This document shows positions 16,427 through 26,401 of a DNA stretch of 64,000 bases, piece after piece. Each line of letters begins with the position of its first letter. The stretch's first letter is position 1. The translations under genes and the position numbers were made by a program. The notes beneath the pieces are model-generated. The model was not told the origin of the DNA and searched no databases. It worked only from the letters and a program-made list of their open reading frames with translations. Origin of the DNA: a virus (Duplodnaviria; Caudoviricetes); the IMG/VR virus record IMGVR_UViG_3300012984_000010, one strand, 5' to 3'.

Positions 16427-19261
16427 TCAGCCCAGGTTCTTGAGAGCCTGGAGTAGTGGCCGGAAAGCGGCGCGAGCGGCGGCCGGAGTCTCAGAAGCAG
16501 TCTTGATCACAAGAGCCTTGAGTGAGGCGTACTTGGCAGCTTCCTTCTTCTCCTCTTTGTCGTCTTTCTTCTCTTCCTTGTCGTCGTCCTTCTTCAGCCA
16601 AGGGGGCAGCTCACCAGCAGTTTTCTGCTCCTGTTCCTTGTCTTGTTGCTCTTGCTCCGCCAAACGATCCGCGAAGTCGGTCATCTCAAACGCGGTCTTG
16701 GCATCAAACTTTGCAACCTTAGCTGCGAATTCACGAACGGTGCGTGATGATTTCATGGGGGTCACTTCTCCAATGGTGGCACTCAATGTGTTGTTAAAAG
16801 AAGAAGTGCTGTCCGAGGACCCGCTCTTCTCAGTTACGGTCAAAAGGGTTTGGGTCGTGCTGGGTTGCGGCTTGCCCGCCAACTTGGCCAAAAGATTGGC
16901 ATATTGGGTGGCATTCACTGCACCGTTGTAACGACTTGAGTAGATGGCCAGATCCAGAGCTGCTCTCAATTGAGCATCTGGGTCAACCCCCGGGTCGGCC
17001 ACATCCAACAAGCTGGACCCTAAGAATTGACGGGCCTCAGCCAAGATGGTTGTCCAATCAGACTCTCCCAAGTCTCTTTGGTGCGGCTGCATCCAACCTG
17101 GATAGTCTGGTGCCCCATAGGCGTACGGGTCGACACCATGATAGACACTCGTTTTGCTGGTAGATCCCATCACATGGGTTCTAGAATAAGTAAAAACACT
17201 AGCCTGTTTGACAGCTTCGTGACTGGCATCCTCATGTTGATTCTGGGAAAAAGCATCGTCCCAAATATCTGAGGCCTTATCGGGGCCCTCTTCTGGAGAA
17301 CCTGTGACTGGTTTTTCTGGCTCTGGTGGGGCTTCCTCAACGAATCCTCCTGGAGGTTTACCTTGAGGATTCTTCATGTAGGCCTGCAGGGCCTCTTCAT
17401 GCTTGGTCTTACGATTAGCCCAAGCACTGTATTGAGAAGACCAGCGCTTATGGAGTGCCTTGTACTCCTTGTGCTCCAATGGCCCTAATAGTTGCTGAAC
17501 TTTGGTAGCTTTCTCGGGGTCCAAAGTCCTCAATCTATTCATGAGGCGGGTTCGAAACAGCTTCTGGGAAGGATTGATCGAATGATCATCCCCATAAAGG
17601 GCGTTGCGTTTCTGAAAGTATTGCCCAGCCTTCTTCAGACCACTCAATATGCCCTCAGGAGTGTCTCGCTCCGAGATGTTGCCAGATGAGCTGTTGGTCA
17701 AAAATTGCTCTTTAGCAAGACGGTAATCGTTGGCTTGGAGGTAAGCTTTGGTCGCCTTAGCGGCCACCGGATTACCATCAACCTGCTTCAAAAGCTCCTT
17801 GACTGCCCTATCACTGATACGAGCCGTCTCTTCTCCGCTAGCTAGTGTGTCCTTGTAGATCTTCGCTGCTAGCTTGTCTCCAACCTTTGGAGAAGGGTTG
17901 GACAACAAGGTTTTGGCAATCTGACCAGCGATCTTCTCAGGTATCCTAGGTTTGCCTGTCAGTGAGCTCTTGTTGGCTAGTTTTTGAGTCAAGCTGTCGC
18001 GAGCAGCCAAGCTAAGAGCCACCATCCGCATCTGATGTGACCGCAAAGCTTCCGCTTTTTCTTCATCAGACAATGTATCGAATGGAACTCTCTCTCCTGA
18101 TTTTCGCCAATAAGTGGGTGGTTTTACCTTGGCAGGATCAATTTGATAGAAATGCCCTACCTTCTCAGCAAAATCGGTCGGCTTAGAGATCTTGACTCCC
18201 AGTTTGGCTGTGTTGTAGTCACGCACAAGAGTTTTGACGTCCTGTGGATGCATGCTGGCAAAGTTGGCCGCTTCCTCAGGCTCAAACGTATTGAGCAACA
18301 GACTCAACGCCTCTTGTTGGTCCGCCTCAGTAGGGGGTTTCCTTACAGGTTCGCCGATACCGTGTCGCTGACCTTCTGAGGGTGGTTTGAGCTTTTTCTT
18401 GGAAGGTTTTTCCTCTTGCGCCGGTTCCTTTGCAGGCTCTTCCTTCGTGGGTTCCGCCTTGGGTGCGGACTCGCCTTCAGAAGGGGTGGGCTGTTGTGCC
18501 GGATCTCCCTTTGGGACTTCGGTCTTTGGTTCCTCTTGCTTCGGAGCAGGCTCAGCAGCTGGCTCGGCGGGGGCGGGGGGCTCAACTGGCTTTTTCTTAC
18601 CCTTTGTCTTGGGGGCAACAGACGGTTTAGTTTCCAGTGCCGCCTTCAGATCCCCAATCGTCTTGATGCTGTCCGGCAGATCGACCTTGGGGAAGAACTT
18701 CGATGCAGGTAGATCGGGGTTGCCCTCAACGATGCCATTTAGGGTCTCACCAGGGGTGATGAACCGTTTGAAGATGTCCTTGAGACGGGCATCCCCCTTG
18801 GACATTTCGCGCAGCTGATCTCCAGCCTGCTGGTAGAACTGCTCCTTGTCGGTAGGCTTTGGTGTCGACTGTTCGGCAGGAGACGTCTCCTCCTTGGACT
18901 CAGGCACCACAGGATTGGGAGATCGCTCGGCCTCTTCCTCTGGCTTGACAGCCTCGTACTGACCAGGCTTCTCTTTTAGAGTGTCGGGCGAGATCTGTAC
19001 CGTCTCACCCGTTTCTTTGTTCTTGGCAGGGATACGCTCATTTCTGGCAAAACGGCGCACCACCCGTCCGACCGACCCACCAATATCCTTGAAGTTCCGA
19101 CTTTCGTCCGGATCCTTCTCTTGATCAGGGTCTGCCTCGGGCGTTACTCGTTCCCTCCTAAGATCTCTTCTAGGGGGTTTCTGTTTGGGCGCCGGTCGGA
19201 CGAGACGACTCGCCTCGTCGTCCTGACGTTCCTCTGGAGTCTTGGTTGACCAACGGTCCAT
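16427..19261 (-). CDS. Large multi-module probable internal head protein
   Basis: 944 aa with Pro/Glu/Lys-rich linkers, directly downstream of the portal gene. Confidence 0.6.
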   Translation of the reverse strand: MDRWSTKTPEERQDDEASRLVRPAPKQKPPRRDLRRERVTPEADPDQEKDPDESRNFKDIGGSVGRVVRRFARNERIPAKNKETGETVQISPDTLKEKPGQYEAVKPEEEAERSPNPVVPESKEETSPAEQSTPKPTDKEQFYQQAGDQLREMSKGDARLKDIFKRFITPGETLNGIVEGNPDLPASKFFPKVDLPDSIKTIGDLKAALETKPSVAPKTKGKKKPVEPPAPAEPAAEPAPKQEEPKTEVPKGDPAQQPTPSEGESAPKAEPTKEEPAKEPAQEEKPSKKKLKPPSEGQRHGIGEPVRKPPTEADQQEALSLLLNTFEPEEAANFASMHPQDVKTLVRDYNTAKLGVKISKPTDFAEKVGHFYQIDPAKVKPPTYWRKSGERVPFDTLSDEEKAEALRSHQMRMVALSLAARDSLTQKLANKSSLTGKPRIPEKIAGQIAKTLLSNPSPKVGDKLAAKIYKDTLASGEETARISDRAVKELLKQVDGNPVAAKATKAYLQANDYRLAKEQFLTNSSSGNISERDTPEGILSGLKKAGQYFQKRNALYGDDHSINPSQKLFRTRLMNRLRTLDPEKATKVQQLLGPLEHKEYKALHKRWSSQYSAWANRKTKHEEALQAYMKNPQGKPPGGFVEEAPPEPEKPVTGSPEEGPDKASDIWDDAFSQNQHEDASHEAVKQASVFTYSRTHVMGSTSKTSVYHGVDPYAYGAPDYPGWMQPHQRDLGESDWTTILAEARQFLGSSLLDVADPGVDPDAQLRAALDLAIYSSRYNGAVNATQYANLLAKLAGKPQPSTTQTLLTVTEKSGSSDSTSSFNNTLSATIGEVTPMKSSRTVREFAAKVAKFDAKTAFEMTDFADRLAEQEQQDKEQEQKTAGELPPWLKKDDDKEEKKDDKEEKKEAAKYASLKALVIKTASETPAAARAAFRPLLQALKNLG

Positions 19262-19277
19262 GCACCCTTACAAAATG

Positions 19278-19286
19278 CATAAAAGG
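19278..19286 (-). promoter_or_regulatory. Late-type motif CCTTTTATG
   Basis: Same recurrent motif. Confidence 0.6.
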
Positions 19287-19299
19287 ACCGTTAGTTGAT

Positions 19300-21132
19300 T
19301 CAGTACCTTGAATCCTCTTGAGGAGGGGCTTCTTGCTTGATCTCTAGGCCTACGTATTTGGCCATCCGTTCCAAAACATCTGTCTTTTCGGCCAAGACTC
19401 GGCCTACTTCATTGTAGAGCGATCGAAGGACTTCGTTGAACAAGGCATCGTTGACCGTGAACAAATCCCGCTCAATCTTGGCTTTGGTATCGTTGGGGTC
19501 GATATTGAGCATTTCCAGAATCAAATCGATCGAAATCGAGCCCTTCTGGTACAGATTGTACAGGGCGTCGAAAGTGTCTTGGCTGTCTCGCAACGGCAAG
19601 CGAGTGAAGCTTAGACGCGGATGTAGCACCACTTCTTGCCCCCACTCGTCCTTCTCTATGAAGCCCATCCTACGTGCCACAGGAGCAAACAGTTGATCTT
19701 CAACGTATTCCTGGAGTATTTCTCTCAGATGTAGGTAACGCTGGTTGATCACCTCTAGTTTGAGACGATCCCCACTGTAGAGCGATTCACCACTCATCAA
19801 ACTCTCAGTGACGCCCAGACCAGTAAGGATACGACGTTCGGTCTGCTCATACTCGCTAGCAAGATCAAGGAGGCGATCCTTGGACCCCATCTCTTCCCAA
19901 TGGATCTCGTAATTGGTCACAATCGAGTAATCTGGGTCCTGCATCGAGTAGTCGACCTGCTCACGCAACAGATCGGCATCCACATCGCTCAACCCTTCAG
20001 CCCACACAACCCGCTTGGGAGTCATTGCCCTTGAGGCGATCGATGTCTGTGCTTGGCGGAGCTTGTCCCTGAAATAAAGCGTACTCAGACACCTGTTCAG
20101 TATCGATTGCCCAAGATTCGAATCAGCCGATTTGCTGCCTGTCAGGATGAACGCAAACGACCCTTCATCAGGATTGGTACCAAGCGGGATCGTTTTCCCC
20201 GTCATGGTGTATTCGCGTATTTCTTCAGGTATTTGGGACGCCAGACGCTCAGCAGCCGGATCCCCCAAAGCGGCCCGTTCTAGGATGGCCTTATCACGGT
20301 CAGAAGGGATCAGCTCAATGATCGAGTCGTCAGAATAGTCGAAAGGAGTGATAATCACTCGATCAATAGGCAGAACACGGATTCTGGACCAACCCTGATA
20401 ATGTTTCTGGTAGTACTTGTGTTCTTCCTGCTCACGATCTTCACGTTCAACCAAGACCGATTCGTCTTGTTCGATCGCCTCGCCTTCCTCTGTGAGGAAG
20501 GATTGCTTGACCACACGTCGCTCATACCCAACTTCTTCAGGTAGGTCTACCCGCCCATCCTCAGCAAAAACCACCGCCGCCCCATCTAACCAATAGTGGT
20601 GAACCATCGTGATCAGCCGACGGAACAGCTTGGTCTTTTTACACATACGCTCGAATCTATCGAGAATGTATTTGCCGTAATTGTCCGCACTACTGAAACC
20701 TGGGGGAGCTTCCCGAGGCTTGGGAGCCGCGAGACGTATTTTCGACAACGGTAGTTCGGTGTGGAGGTCAATCGCCTGCCCCACCAATTCATCGTTCTCG
20801 TAGAAGTGTCGGTAAATCTCACGACGTTCTCGGATGCTTTGAGGCAGTTCCAAGAAGTCGGTTGACAGTTGGGGACTGAAGAAGTTGCCGTGGGAACTTT
20901 GGATGGTTCCCGCCCCCATCCCGCCCCCATAACCGCCGCTAAAGCCAGTCCCGCCTGGCCCCATACCGCCAATGCTTGAGGCCATCTTGAGCTGTTGACG
21001 GGCCAGACGTTCCTTATAGGTCAGCTGATTGCTATAGGACCCAGCGATGTGAGGGGTTGCCTGGGGGCGAACAGAAGTTCGCACCAAATACTGCCCAGGA
21101 CTCGAATAGTTGGTGTAGCGATCATTCGCCAT
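19300..21132 (-). CDS. Portal protein
   Basis: 610 aa between terminase and protease; helical portal-like pattern (VGQAIDLHTELPLSK; ILTGLGVTESLMSG; INQRYLHLRE). Confidence 0.8.
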   Translation of the reverse strand: MANDRYTNYSSPGQYLVRTSVRPQATPHIAGSYSNQLTYKERLARQQLKMASSIGGMGPGGTGFSGGYGGGMGAGTIQSSHGNFFSPQLSTDFLELPQSIRERREIYRHFYENDELVGQAIDLHTELPLSKIRLAAPKPREAPPGFSSADNYGKYILDRFERMCKKTKLFRRLITMVHHYWLDGAAVVFAEDGRVDLPEEVGYERRVVKQSFLTEEGEAIEQDESVLVEREDREQEEHKYYQKHYQGWSRIRVLPIDRVIITPFDYSDDSIIELIPSDRDKAILERAALGDPAAERLASQIPEEIREYTMTGKTIPLGTNPDEGSFAFILTGSKSADSNLGQSILNRCLSTLYFRDKLRQAQTSIASRAMTPKRVVWAEGLSDVDADLLREQVDYSMQDPDYSIVTNYEIHWEEMGSKDRLLDLASEYEQTERRILTGLGVTESLMSGESLYSGDRLKLEVINQRYLHLREILQEYVEDQLFAPVARRMGFIEKDEWGQEVVLHPRLSFTRLPLRDSQDTFDALYNLYQKGSISIDLILEMLNIDPNDTKAKIERDLFTVNDALFNEVLRSLYNEVGRVLAEKTDVLERMAKYVGLEIKQEAPPQEDSRY

Positions 21133-21604
21133 TTAGCATCTCTCCATACAGTTCTTCAAAAGCATTGTCGGAATGAGCGATCAACTTGGCTGTTTTTCGA
21201 GCCGCTTCTTTGACCTGTCGACTCTGATCCACCTGATCCGTCTGCGCAGCAGCCTCAATCTTCCTCAATTTCGCTCTTTCCTGTCTCTGTTGTTCAAGTC
21301 GATCAGTCTCTTCTTGTTCAGTTTTGGCACGAACAAGGAGGCGATCAGAGGTCTGGGCCATACGTTTCAGGCCTTGAGAGGTGGCGGCCGAGAACCTAAG
21401 ATTGGTCATTGCGAACATCTGATAGCTACGATCATTGACCATCCGATTTTTACGAGCGTGTTCTCGAAGTGCCTCAGAGGCCTCCAACAAGTTGGATAAC
21501 GTCTCATCGAGGTTCTGTCGTGCCTCTCTGATTCGAAGCAGCAGACTCTCAGTATCCATGTTTGAGGTCCGCGCAGCGGCGGCCTTTTTGGTCAATCTAG
21601 GCAT
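21122..21604 (-). CDS. Coiled-coil hypothetical protein
   Basis: 160 aa ORF overlapping the portal start. Confidence 0.55.
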   Translation of the reverse strand: MPRLTKKAAAARTSNMDTESLLLRIREARQNLDETLSNLLEASEALREHARKNRMVNDRSYQMFAMTNLRFSAATSQGLKRMAQTSDRLLVRAKTEQEETDRLEQQRQERAKLRKIEAAAQTDQVDQSRQVKEAARKTAKLIAHSDNAFEELYGEMLNGE

Positions 21605-21623
21605 CAGGAAATCATCCAGTGTA

Positions 21624-22145
21624 TCACAGTCCCGTCTGAACTCCCAACCAATAGTTGTTCAACGCTTTAGGAATCTGAGCTACAAAGCCAACGAAGAATG
21701 CTGGGGCTAGGGGGTTAGAGGGGATTTGTTGGGACAACTCATCCTCATTCGTAAACAATCCCCGTAAAGAGAAGTACAGAGGGTCGTTTGGCTTGTAGGT
21801 CAAAGGCACCAACGGTCCAGAAAGCCTTGAGGCGTAGGTGTAGCGCTCATAGGTAGAGGTACTGATCAGCGCTCCACCGAACATCATGACCGCATAACGG
21901 TAGGTTATTTGCTGATCCGTCATAGACGTATAGCGAGCCCCCACCTCTTCAGAACCCTCCAGCAAAAACCCGCCGTACAGGCCGCTCGAATAAGTTACCA
22001 CACGATCGTCCACACTCGCCCCAACCCATTGGACTCCCTGACCTCCAGCCCAACCCCCGGACAACATCGCATCGGAGATTGCAACAGTAGTGGTGTCACC
22101 CTTGAAGAAGACCACACAATCACGGAAACGTGCAATTTCGGTCAT
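21624..22145 (-). CDS. Decoration-like paralogue 3
   Basis: Obvious homology to the two upstream ORFs (RDCVVFFKGD...YERYTYASR..GPLVP...FSLRG). Confidence 0.7.
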   Translation of the reverse strand: MTEIARFRDCVVFFKGDTTTVAISDAMLSGGWAGGQGVQWVGASVDDRVVTYSSGLYGGFLLEGSEEVGARYTSMTDQQITYRYAVMMFGGALISTSTYERYTYASRLSGPLVPLTYKPNDPLYFSLRGLFTNEDELSQQIPSNPLAPAFFVGFVAQIPKALNNYWLGVQTGL

Positions 22146-22660
22146 ATAGATGTTTGCACTCCGAGGTAGGAATCATTCAGTGATTTGGGGGATTGTGTGA
22201 CGGATCCAATGTAATAACCATTTGGAGCTCTAGGGTCTCCTGAGAGGGTCCATTCATCTTCTGTGGTGAAATACCCTCGAAGTGAGAATCTGAGGCGTTG
22301 CCCTTCCACATACTGAATGGGCACCAAAGGGCCTGAAATTCTAGAGGCATAGGTGTACCGCTCATACGTAAGGGTGCTGATCAACCAGCCTCCAAGACAG
22401 AGGACCCCAAACCCATATTCAATCTGATTCTTGAAGAATGATACGTACTGATCTGAAGATTCGTTGGATCCCCAAAGGAAGAAGCCCCCATATAGACCGT
22501 CCGAGTAGGTCACTCTGAATTCATCGAGGGGTGAGTCTTGCCACATCACCGCTTGACCCCCGGCCCAACCACCTTGTTTCATTTGAGGAGAGATGGCGAC
22601 CGTGTAGGCGTCCCCCTTGAAAAACACCACGCAATCCCGAGTTCGGAAGATCTCAGTCAT
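22142..22660 (-). CDS. Decoration-like paralogue 2
   Basis: Same family; ATGA overlaps with neighbours. Confidence 0.7.
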   Translation of the reverse strand: MTEIFRTRDCVVFFKGDAYTVAISPQMKQGGWAGGQAVMWQDSPLDEFRVTYSDGLYGGFFLWGSNESSDQYVSFFKNQIEYGFGVLCLGGWLISTLTYERYTYASRISGPLVPIQYVEGQRLRFSLRGYFTTEDEWTLSGDPRAPNGYYIGSVTQSPKSLNDSYLGVQTSI

Positions 22661-22803
22661 ATGCTCACCTGTATGGTCATGTACTGAGAAGTCACAGATG
22701 TAGGAGGTTGGATCACAAAAGCTATGAAATACTCGTTGGCTCCCCTAGGGTCTCCAGTCAGTGTCCACTCATCTTCTGTGGTGAAATACCCTCGAAGTGA
22801 GAA
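22254..22803. repeat. 35-nt perfect direct repeat shared by paralogues 1 and 2
   Basis: TCATCTTCTGTGGTGAAATACCCTCGAAGTGAGAA at 22254-22288 and 22769-22803. Confidence 0.9.
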
Positions 22804-23181
22804 CACAAGCCGGTCGCTAGATTGATACGTTATGGGGACCAACGGCCCTGCTTGCCTAGAAGCATAGGTGTACCTCTCAAAAGCAGTCGTCATGATGACC
22901 CAGCCACCTGCCCCAATGGTGGCGAATTGATAGGCAGGCTGATTCTTGGTGATGGCGGTAAATTGATCTGACGATTCATCAGATCCCCAAAGCAGGAATC
23001 CCGCATACAGGCCGTCCGAATAAGTGACGCGAAATTCATCTCTAGCGGCCGCTACCCATTGAACTCCCTGACCACCTTGCCAACCTTTGGCAGCCATCAA
23101 CTGATCTACAGTGACAGTGTAACAATCTCCTTTCACAAGGATCACACAATCACGTGTGCGGTATTGCTCAGGAGGCATCAT
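22657..23181 (-). CDS. Decoration-like paralogue 1
   Basis: Same family; ATGA overlaps with neighbours. Confidence 0.7.
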   Translation of the reverse strand: MMPPEQYRTRDCVILVKGDCYTVTVDQLMAAKGWQGGQGVQWVAAARDEFRVTYSDGLYAGFLLWGSDESSDQFTAITKNQPAYQFATIGAGGWVIMTTAFERYTYASRQAGPLVPITYQSSDRLVFSLRGYFTTEDEWTLTGDPRGANEYFIAFVIQPPTSVTSQYMTIQVSI

Positions 23182-23462
23182 TCATCCTTTGGTTCACGTT
23201 TTCTATCAGGGGATTGCCCCCACTTAGATATGATGCGTTCGAGAAACGTAAGCTGCTGGATGTCCCCTCTAAATAGCTTCTCCCAGCTACCGCCACCTTT
23301 TCGGAACACCAACCTCAGAAGCATGAAATCTTCTGGATTGATGATCAAGTCTGCCCCCAACAAATGGTCCGCAAATTGGCGAATCACCCGATTGGAGAAC
23401 ACAAGCTGTAGAGGACGGGGCTCTTCCAATTCACCCTCTCCTTCGGACAGAACGACGTCCAA
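23178..23462 (-). CDS. Small hypothetical protein
   Basis: 94 aa; overlaps the terminase end and is translationally coupled to the next gene. Confidence 0.5.
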   Translation of the reverse strand: MDVVLSEGEGELEEPRPLQLVFSNRVIRQFADHLLGADLIINPEDFMLLRLVFRKGGGSWEKLFRGDIQQLTFLERIISKWGQSPDRKREPKDE

Positions 23463-25434
23463 TCAAGCTACGATCGCCCATACCGTGTTTCATCATACGA
23501 GTCATCTGGTAGCTTTGAACGCTTGGGCTGGAAGCAACAATCGGGCGATAGACACTCCCATGAGTGGTGTGTTTTTGGTTCATCAAAACCTCTGAGCTCA
23601 ACCAGATGGAGCGTATCAAAGCATCGCTCATATCGTCATGAGCGCCGGCTTTTTTGGGTGCTTGAACCGATACGATGTTCTTGCTGATTTGTTCAGCTTG
23701 GAGGGTCAACAGCTCGGCAATCAAGGGGGAGTGTTTGCTCCCGTCCCTGACTCGTTCTGGGATAGGCCAGTCGTACAGTTCGAGATTCTCATCGAACATG
23801 AACATTTTGGCCACCTGATACATCTTGCTGGTCTGATCTCTGGTGTAGAATTCAGAGGTGAACTGCTTCAAGCCATGCTTGTGTAGATTCTGTTCTAGAG
23901 GGATGCCGTTCCAACGGTCAAAAATTCCTGCAGTGATGTGGAATTTCCTGCACAAGGCCCGAATCCATTCCCCAATGGCGTCAAAATCGATACGTTCAAC
24001 GTTACTCAACTGCTTGGCGTAGTCGGTAGCCTGACTGAGGTCTAGGTGTGGATTGACGTCACGCCAATTCTGACCTGCGTACCATATTTCGTGGTAATCA
24101 AGGACGATCTTGGTCCCTTCCACATGAGTGATCGCAATAGCGGTCCCGTCATTCACAAGTCCAACGTCGATTCCCATCTGATGGGGGGATCGAGGCACAC
24201 CCATCACCTTTGGGCGAAGCTCTGGCTTGACGCAAGCCATCAAATCCGTTTCACGTTCCACCCAACCACGAACCTGGTCACTGAACTGAGCTCCGTGTTC
24301 GGTCACGAACGTCACAGGATCGGCGTGGTACTTTTCCTTGTAGTAGCTGCTAGGAACGGTCGGGTTGATTTCCCAGGTGGGGGCTTGGATGGCAAGGATG
24401 TTTTCCGAACCAGGTCCGCCCCGCATCGCCAGATCGAACTTGTTGTAAAACAAGCCAGAACGGCCCAAAGGCGAGGAAATGAGGATGATACGGCTCTCTA
24501 CCGGCGCTTCCTTGCCCGTTACAGGGTCGATGAGAGGACGGCGAGATACAGGATCTTTCTTCGAGTAGGCGGCCGATGACGGCACAACAGCGCCGTACAC
24601 ATCCTCAGCCGACATACCACCCTTCTCAAGAAAGTGCGCCACCTCGTCCAGGATGATGACGACGTTACCCGCACCACGGAGCCCCTTGCCGTTCGCACCC
24701 TTGAATGTGACACGGATGGTGGCTTTACCGTTCAGCGATTGGTACTTACCGTCCCCATTCCGCACATCTGTACCGAATTTCTCGATGTCGTAGGGGGTAC
24801 GGAAGTTGAGAAAGGTCTGGGTGTTAGAAGCTGTATGAGGTTTGAAGTACTCACATTTGACAATGTGTGAGGCCACTTCGTTGAACAACAGACCTGCCTG
24901 ATCCTTGTCGGTCGCCACCGAGATGATCTGGATACGGTTTCCGTTCGGTAGACCGTAGTACTCCTGAGGGTTGTAGAGATTGAGGAGGCGGTACACCTCG
25001 TAAGAGGCGAAAATGCCAGATAAAGTCGTTTTGCCGCCACGGCGTCCGATCGACAGTACCAGTTCCCGTCGATCGTGATCCTGCACACCAATATTGCAAC
25101 GCCCCTCATTGTGGAGGAAGGACAGGTAATCCCGTTCCGACAGCTCGTACAAGACCTTGGTCTTGAGCATATCGGTAACCTGGATTCGCCGATTCGGATC
25201 CTCAGGAATATGGGTGTCTAGCTCAAGATTGTAGTAGAGCTTGACAAGGAACCGCTGTGCTGGATACAGCGTCATGTTCAGCCCCCAGGGCTGTTCGATG
25301 TATTCCAATATGCTGAAAATCTTGGGACCCGAAGCTGCACCTGAATTGGTGACAGCCGCTTGAGCCGCTTTGACTTTCTGATTGGAGCTTCGGACTAGAC
25401 TAGATAGTCCGTCCCGTTTCTTCTCTGCAGGCAC
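23431..25434 (-). CDS. terL: Terminase large subunit
   Basis: Walker A IGRRGGKTT, Walker B ILDEVAH, nuclease GIDVG...DGT and HDDMSDA. Confidence 0.92.
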   Translation of the reverse strand: MPAEKKRDGLSSLVRSSNQKVKAAQAAVTNSGAASGPKIFSILEYIEQPWGLNMTLYPAQRFLVKLYYNLELDTHIPEDPNRRIQVTDMLKTKVLYELSERDYLSFLHNEGRCNIGVQDHDRRELVLSIGRRGGKTTLSGIFASYEVYRLLNLYNPQEYYGLPNGNRIQIISVATDKDQAGLLFNEVASHIVKCEYFKPHTASNTQTFLNFRTPYDIEKFGTDVRNGDGKYQSLNGKATIRVTFKGANGKGLRGAGNVVIILDEVAHFLEKGGMSAEDVYGAVVPSSAAYSKKDPVSRRPLIDPVTGKEAPVESRIILISSPLGRSGLFYNKFDLAMRGGPGSENILAIQAPTWEINPTVPSSYYKEKYHADPVTFVTEHGAQFSDQVRGWVERETDLMACVKPELRPKVMGVPRSPHQMGIDVGLVNDGTAIAITHVEGTKIVLDYHEIWYAGQNWRDVNPHLDLSQATDYAKQLSNVERIDFDAIGEWIRALCRKFHITAGIFDRWNGIPLEQNLHKHGLKQFTSEFYTRDQTSKMYQVAKMFMFDENLELYDWPIPERVRDGSKHSPLIAELLTLQAEQISKNIVSVQAPKKAGAHDDMSDALIRSIWLSSEVLMNQKHTTHGSVYRPIVASSPSVQSYQMTRMMKHGMGDRSLIGRRSVRRRG

Positions 25435-25442
25435 TCGCTACC

Positions 25443-26018
25443 TCATAGATTCTGGGCTTTTTCTGTCCAGCCATCCAATTCGGTCTCAAGGCGGTTGAAA
25501 AGCATATCCACTTGTTCGGTAGTCAGGGTCTCGGTAGCCGCGTTCCGAATTGTGTCGATGAAAAACGCGAAGACTTTTTGCATCCGTTCACTGTTGAAAT
25601 CGATGAAGTTGTGTCCCAACTTCCGCATCTCTAGTTCGATCGAGGCCACATCTTTGAGGGCACCAATCCGTCGACTAGATATTTGGGTCGTATCTTTGCC
25701 GTATTTGGCAGCCTCCACCCGATCACAGTAGAGGGAAGCCGCCTCATTGGCGATTTCCTCTTTGATCTTCTGCAACGTCTCAAGAGGATCTTGGCGTGTC
25801 TTGACTGCTTTGGCTACTGAGTCTGATTCAATGTACTCCGCCTTCAATCGCTGTATTTCAGCGTGGTAGGCCAGGTCATCTACGGTCGGCTTGGGATTGA
25901 TTTTCTTCGGCCGACCAGGTCCTCGTTTGATAGGGCCGGTAGCAGCGTGCATCGGCACCACCATCGCCAAAGGACCTATTTTCGCCGTATCTGAATTTTC
26001 ATTTTCATCTGACATCAC
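25443..26018 (-). CDS. Probable terminase small subunit
   Basis: Helical 191 aa ORF immediately upstream of terL; AT-hook-like KRGPGRPKK. Confidence 0.55.
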   Translation of the reverse strand: MMSDENENSDTAKIGPLAMVVPMHAATGPIKRGPGRPKKINPKPTVDDLAYHAEIQRLKAEYIESDSVAKAVKTRQDPLETLQKIKEEIANEAASLYCDRVEAAKYGKDTTQISSRRIGALKDVASIELEMRKLGHNFIDFNSERMQKVFAFFIDTIRNAATETLTTEQVDMLFNRLETELDGWTEKAQNL

Positions 26019-26401
26019 TTCTTACCTTCCGCCGTTCCTTTCGCGCCATTCCCCTCAGTACGAATCAAGTATTGGGACAAGTTACGTACTACATCGTAAC
26101 CCTTGTCTTTCGGGATCTGATTGGAGATAGCCTTGGACAGGTCCTTGCCCGATTGAACCAAGTTCAGTACCCCCGTCTGGTCTGGAGTAGGGGTGAACAC
26201 ATCCTCAGGGCGAAGATCTCGCCGATCCGGCTCCACAATGTCATCCCCCTCATCCTTGGATGTCCCGTAATCTTTCGTGATAGCCGTACCTATCCCCTTG
26301 GGCTTGTTGATAGGCGTGGTGTTTTTCCACGCCTTTTGACGAGCGCCAGGAGCTTGGTCCGCTTGCTTGAAGCGAACCACAATCCGACGTGCGGAGATCA
26401 C
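26015..26401 (-). CDS. Hypothetical late protein
   Basis: 128 aa; N-terminal MISARRIVVRFKQA. Confidence 0.65.
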   Translation of the reverse strand: MISARRIVVRFKQADQAPGARQKAWKNTTPINKPKGIGTAITKDYGTSKDEGDDIVEPDRRDLRPEDVFTPTPDQTGVLNLVQSGKDLSKAISNQIPKDKGYDVVRNLSQYLIRTEGNGAKGTAEGKK

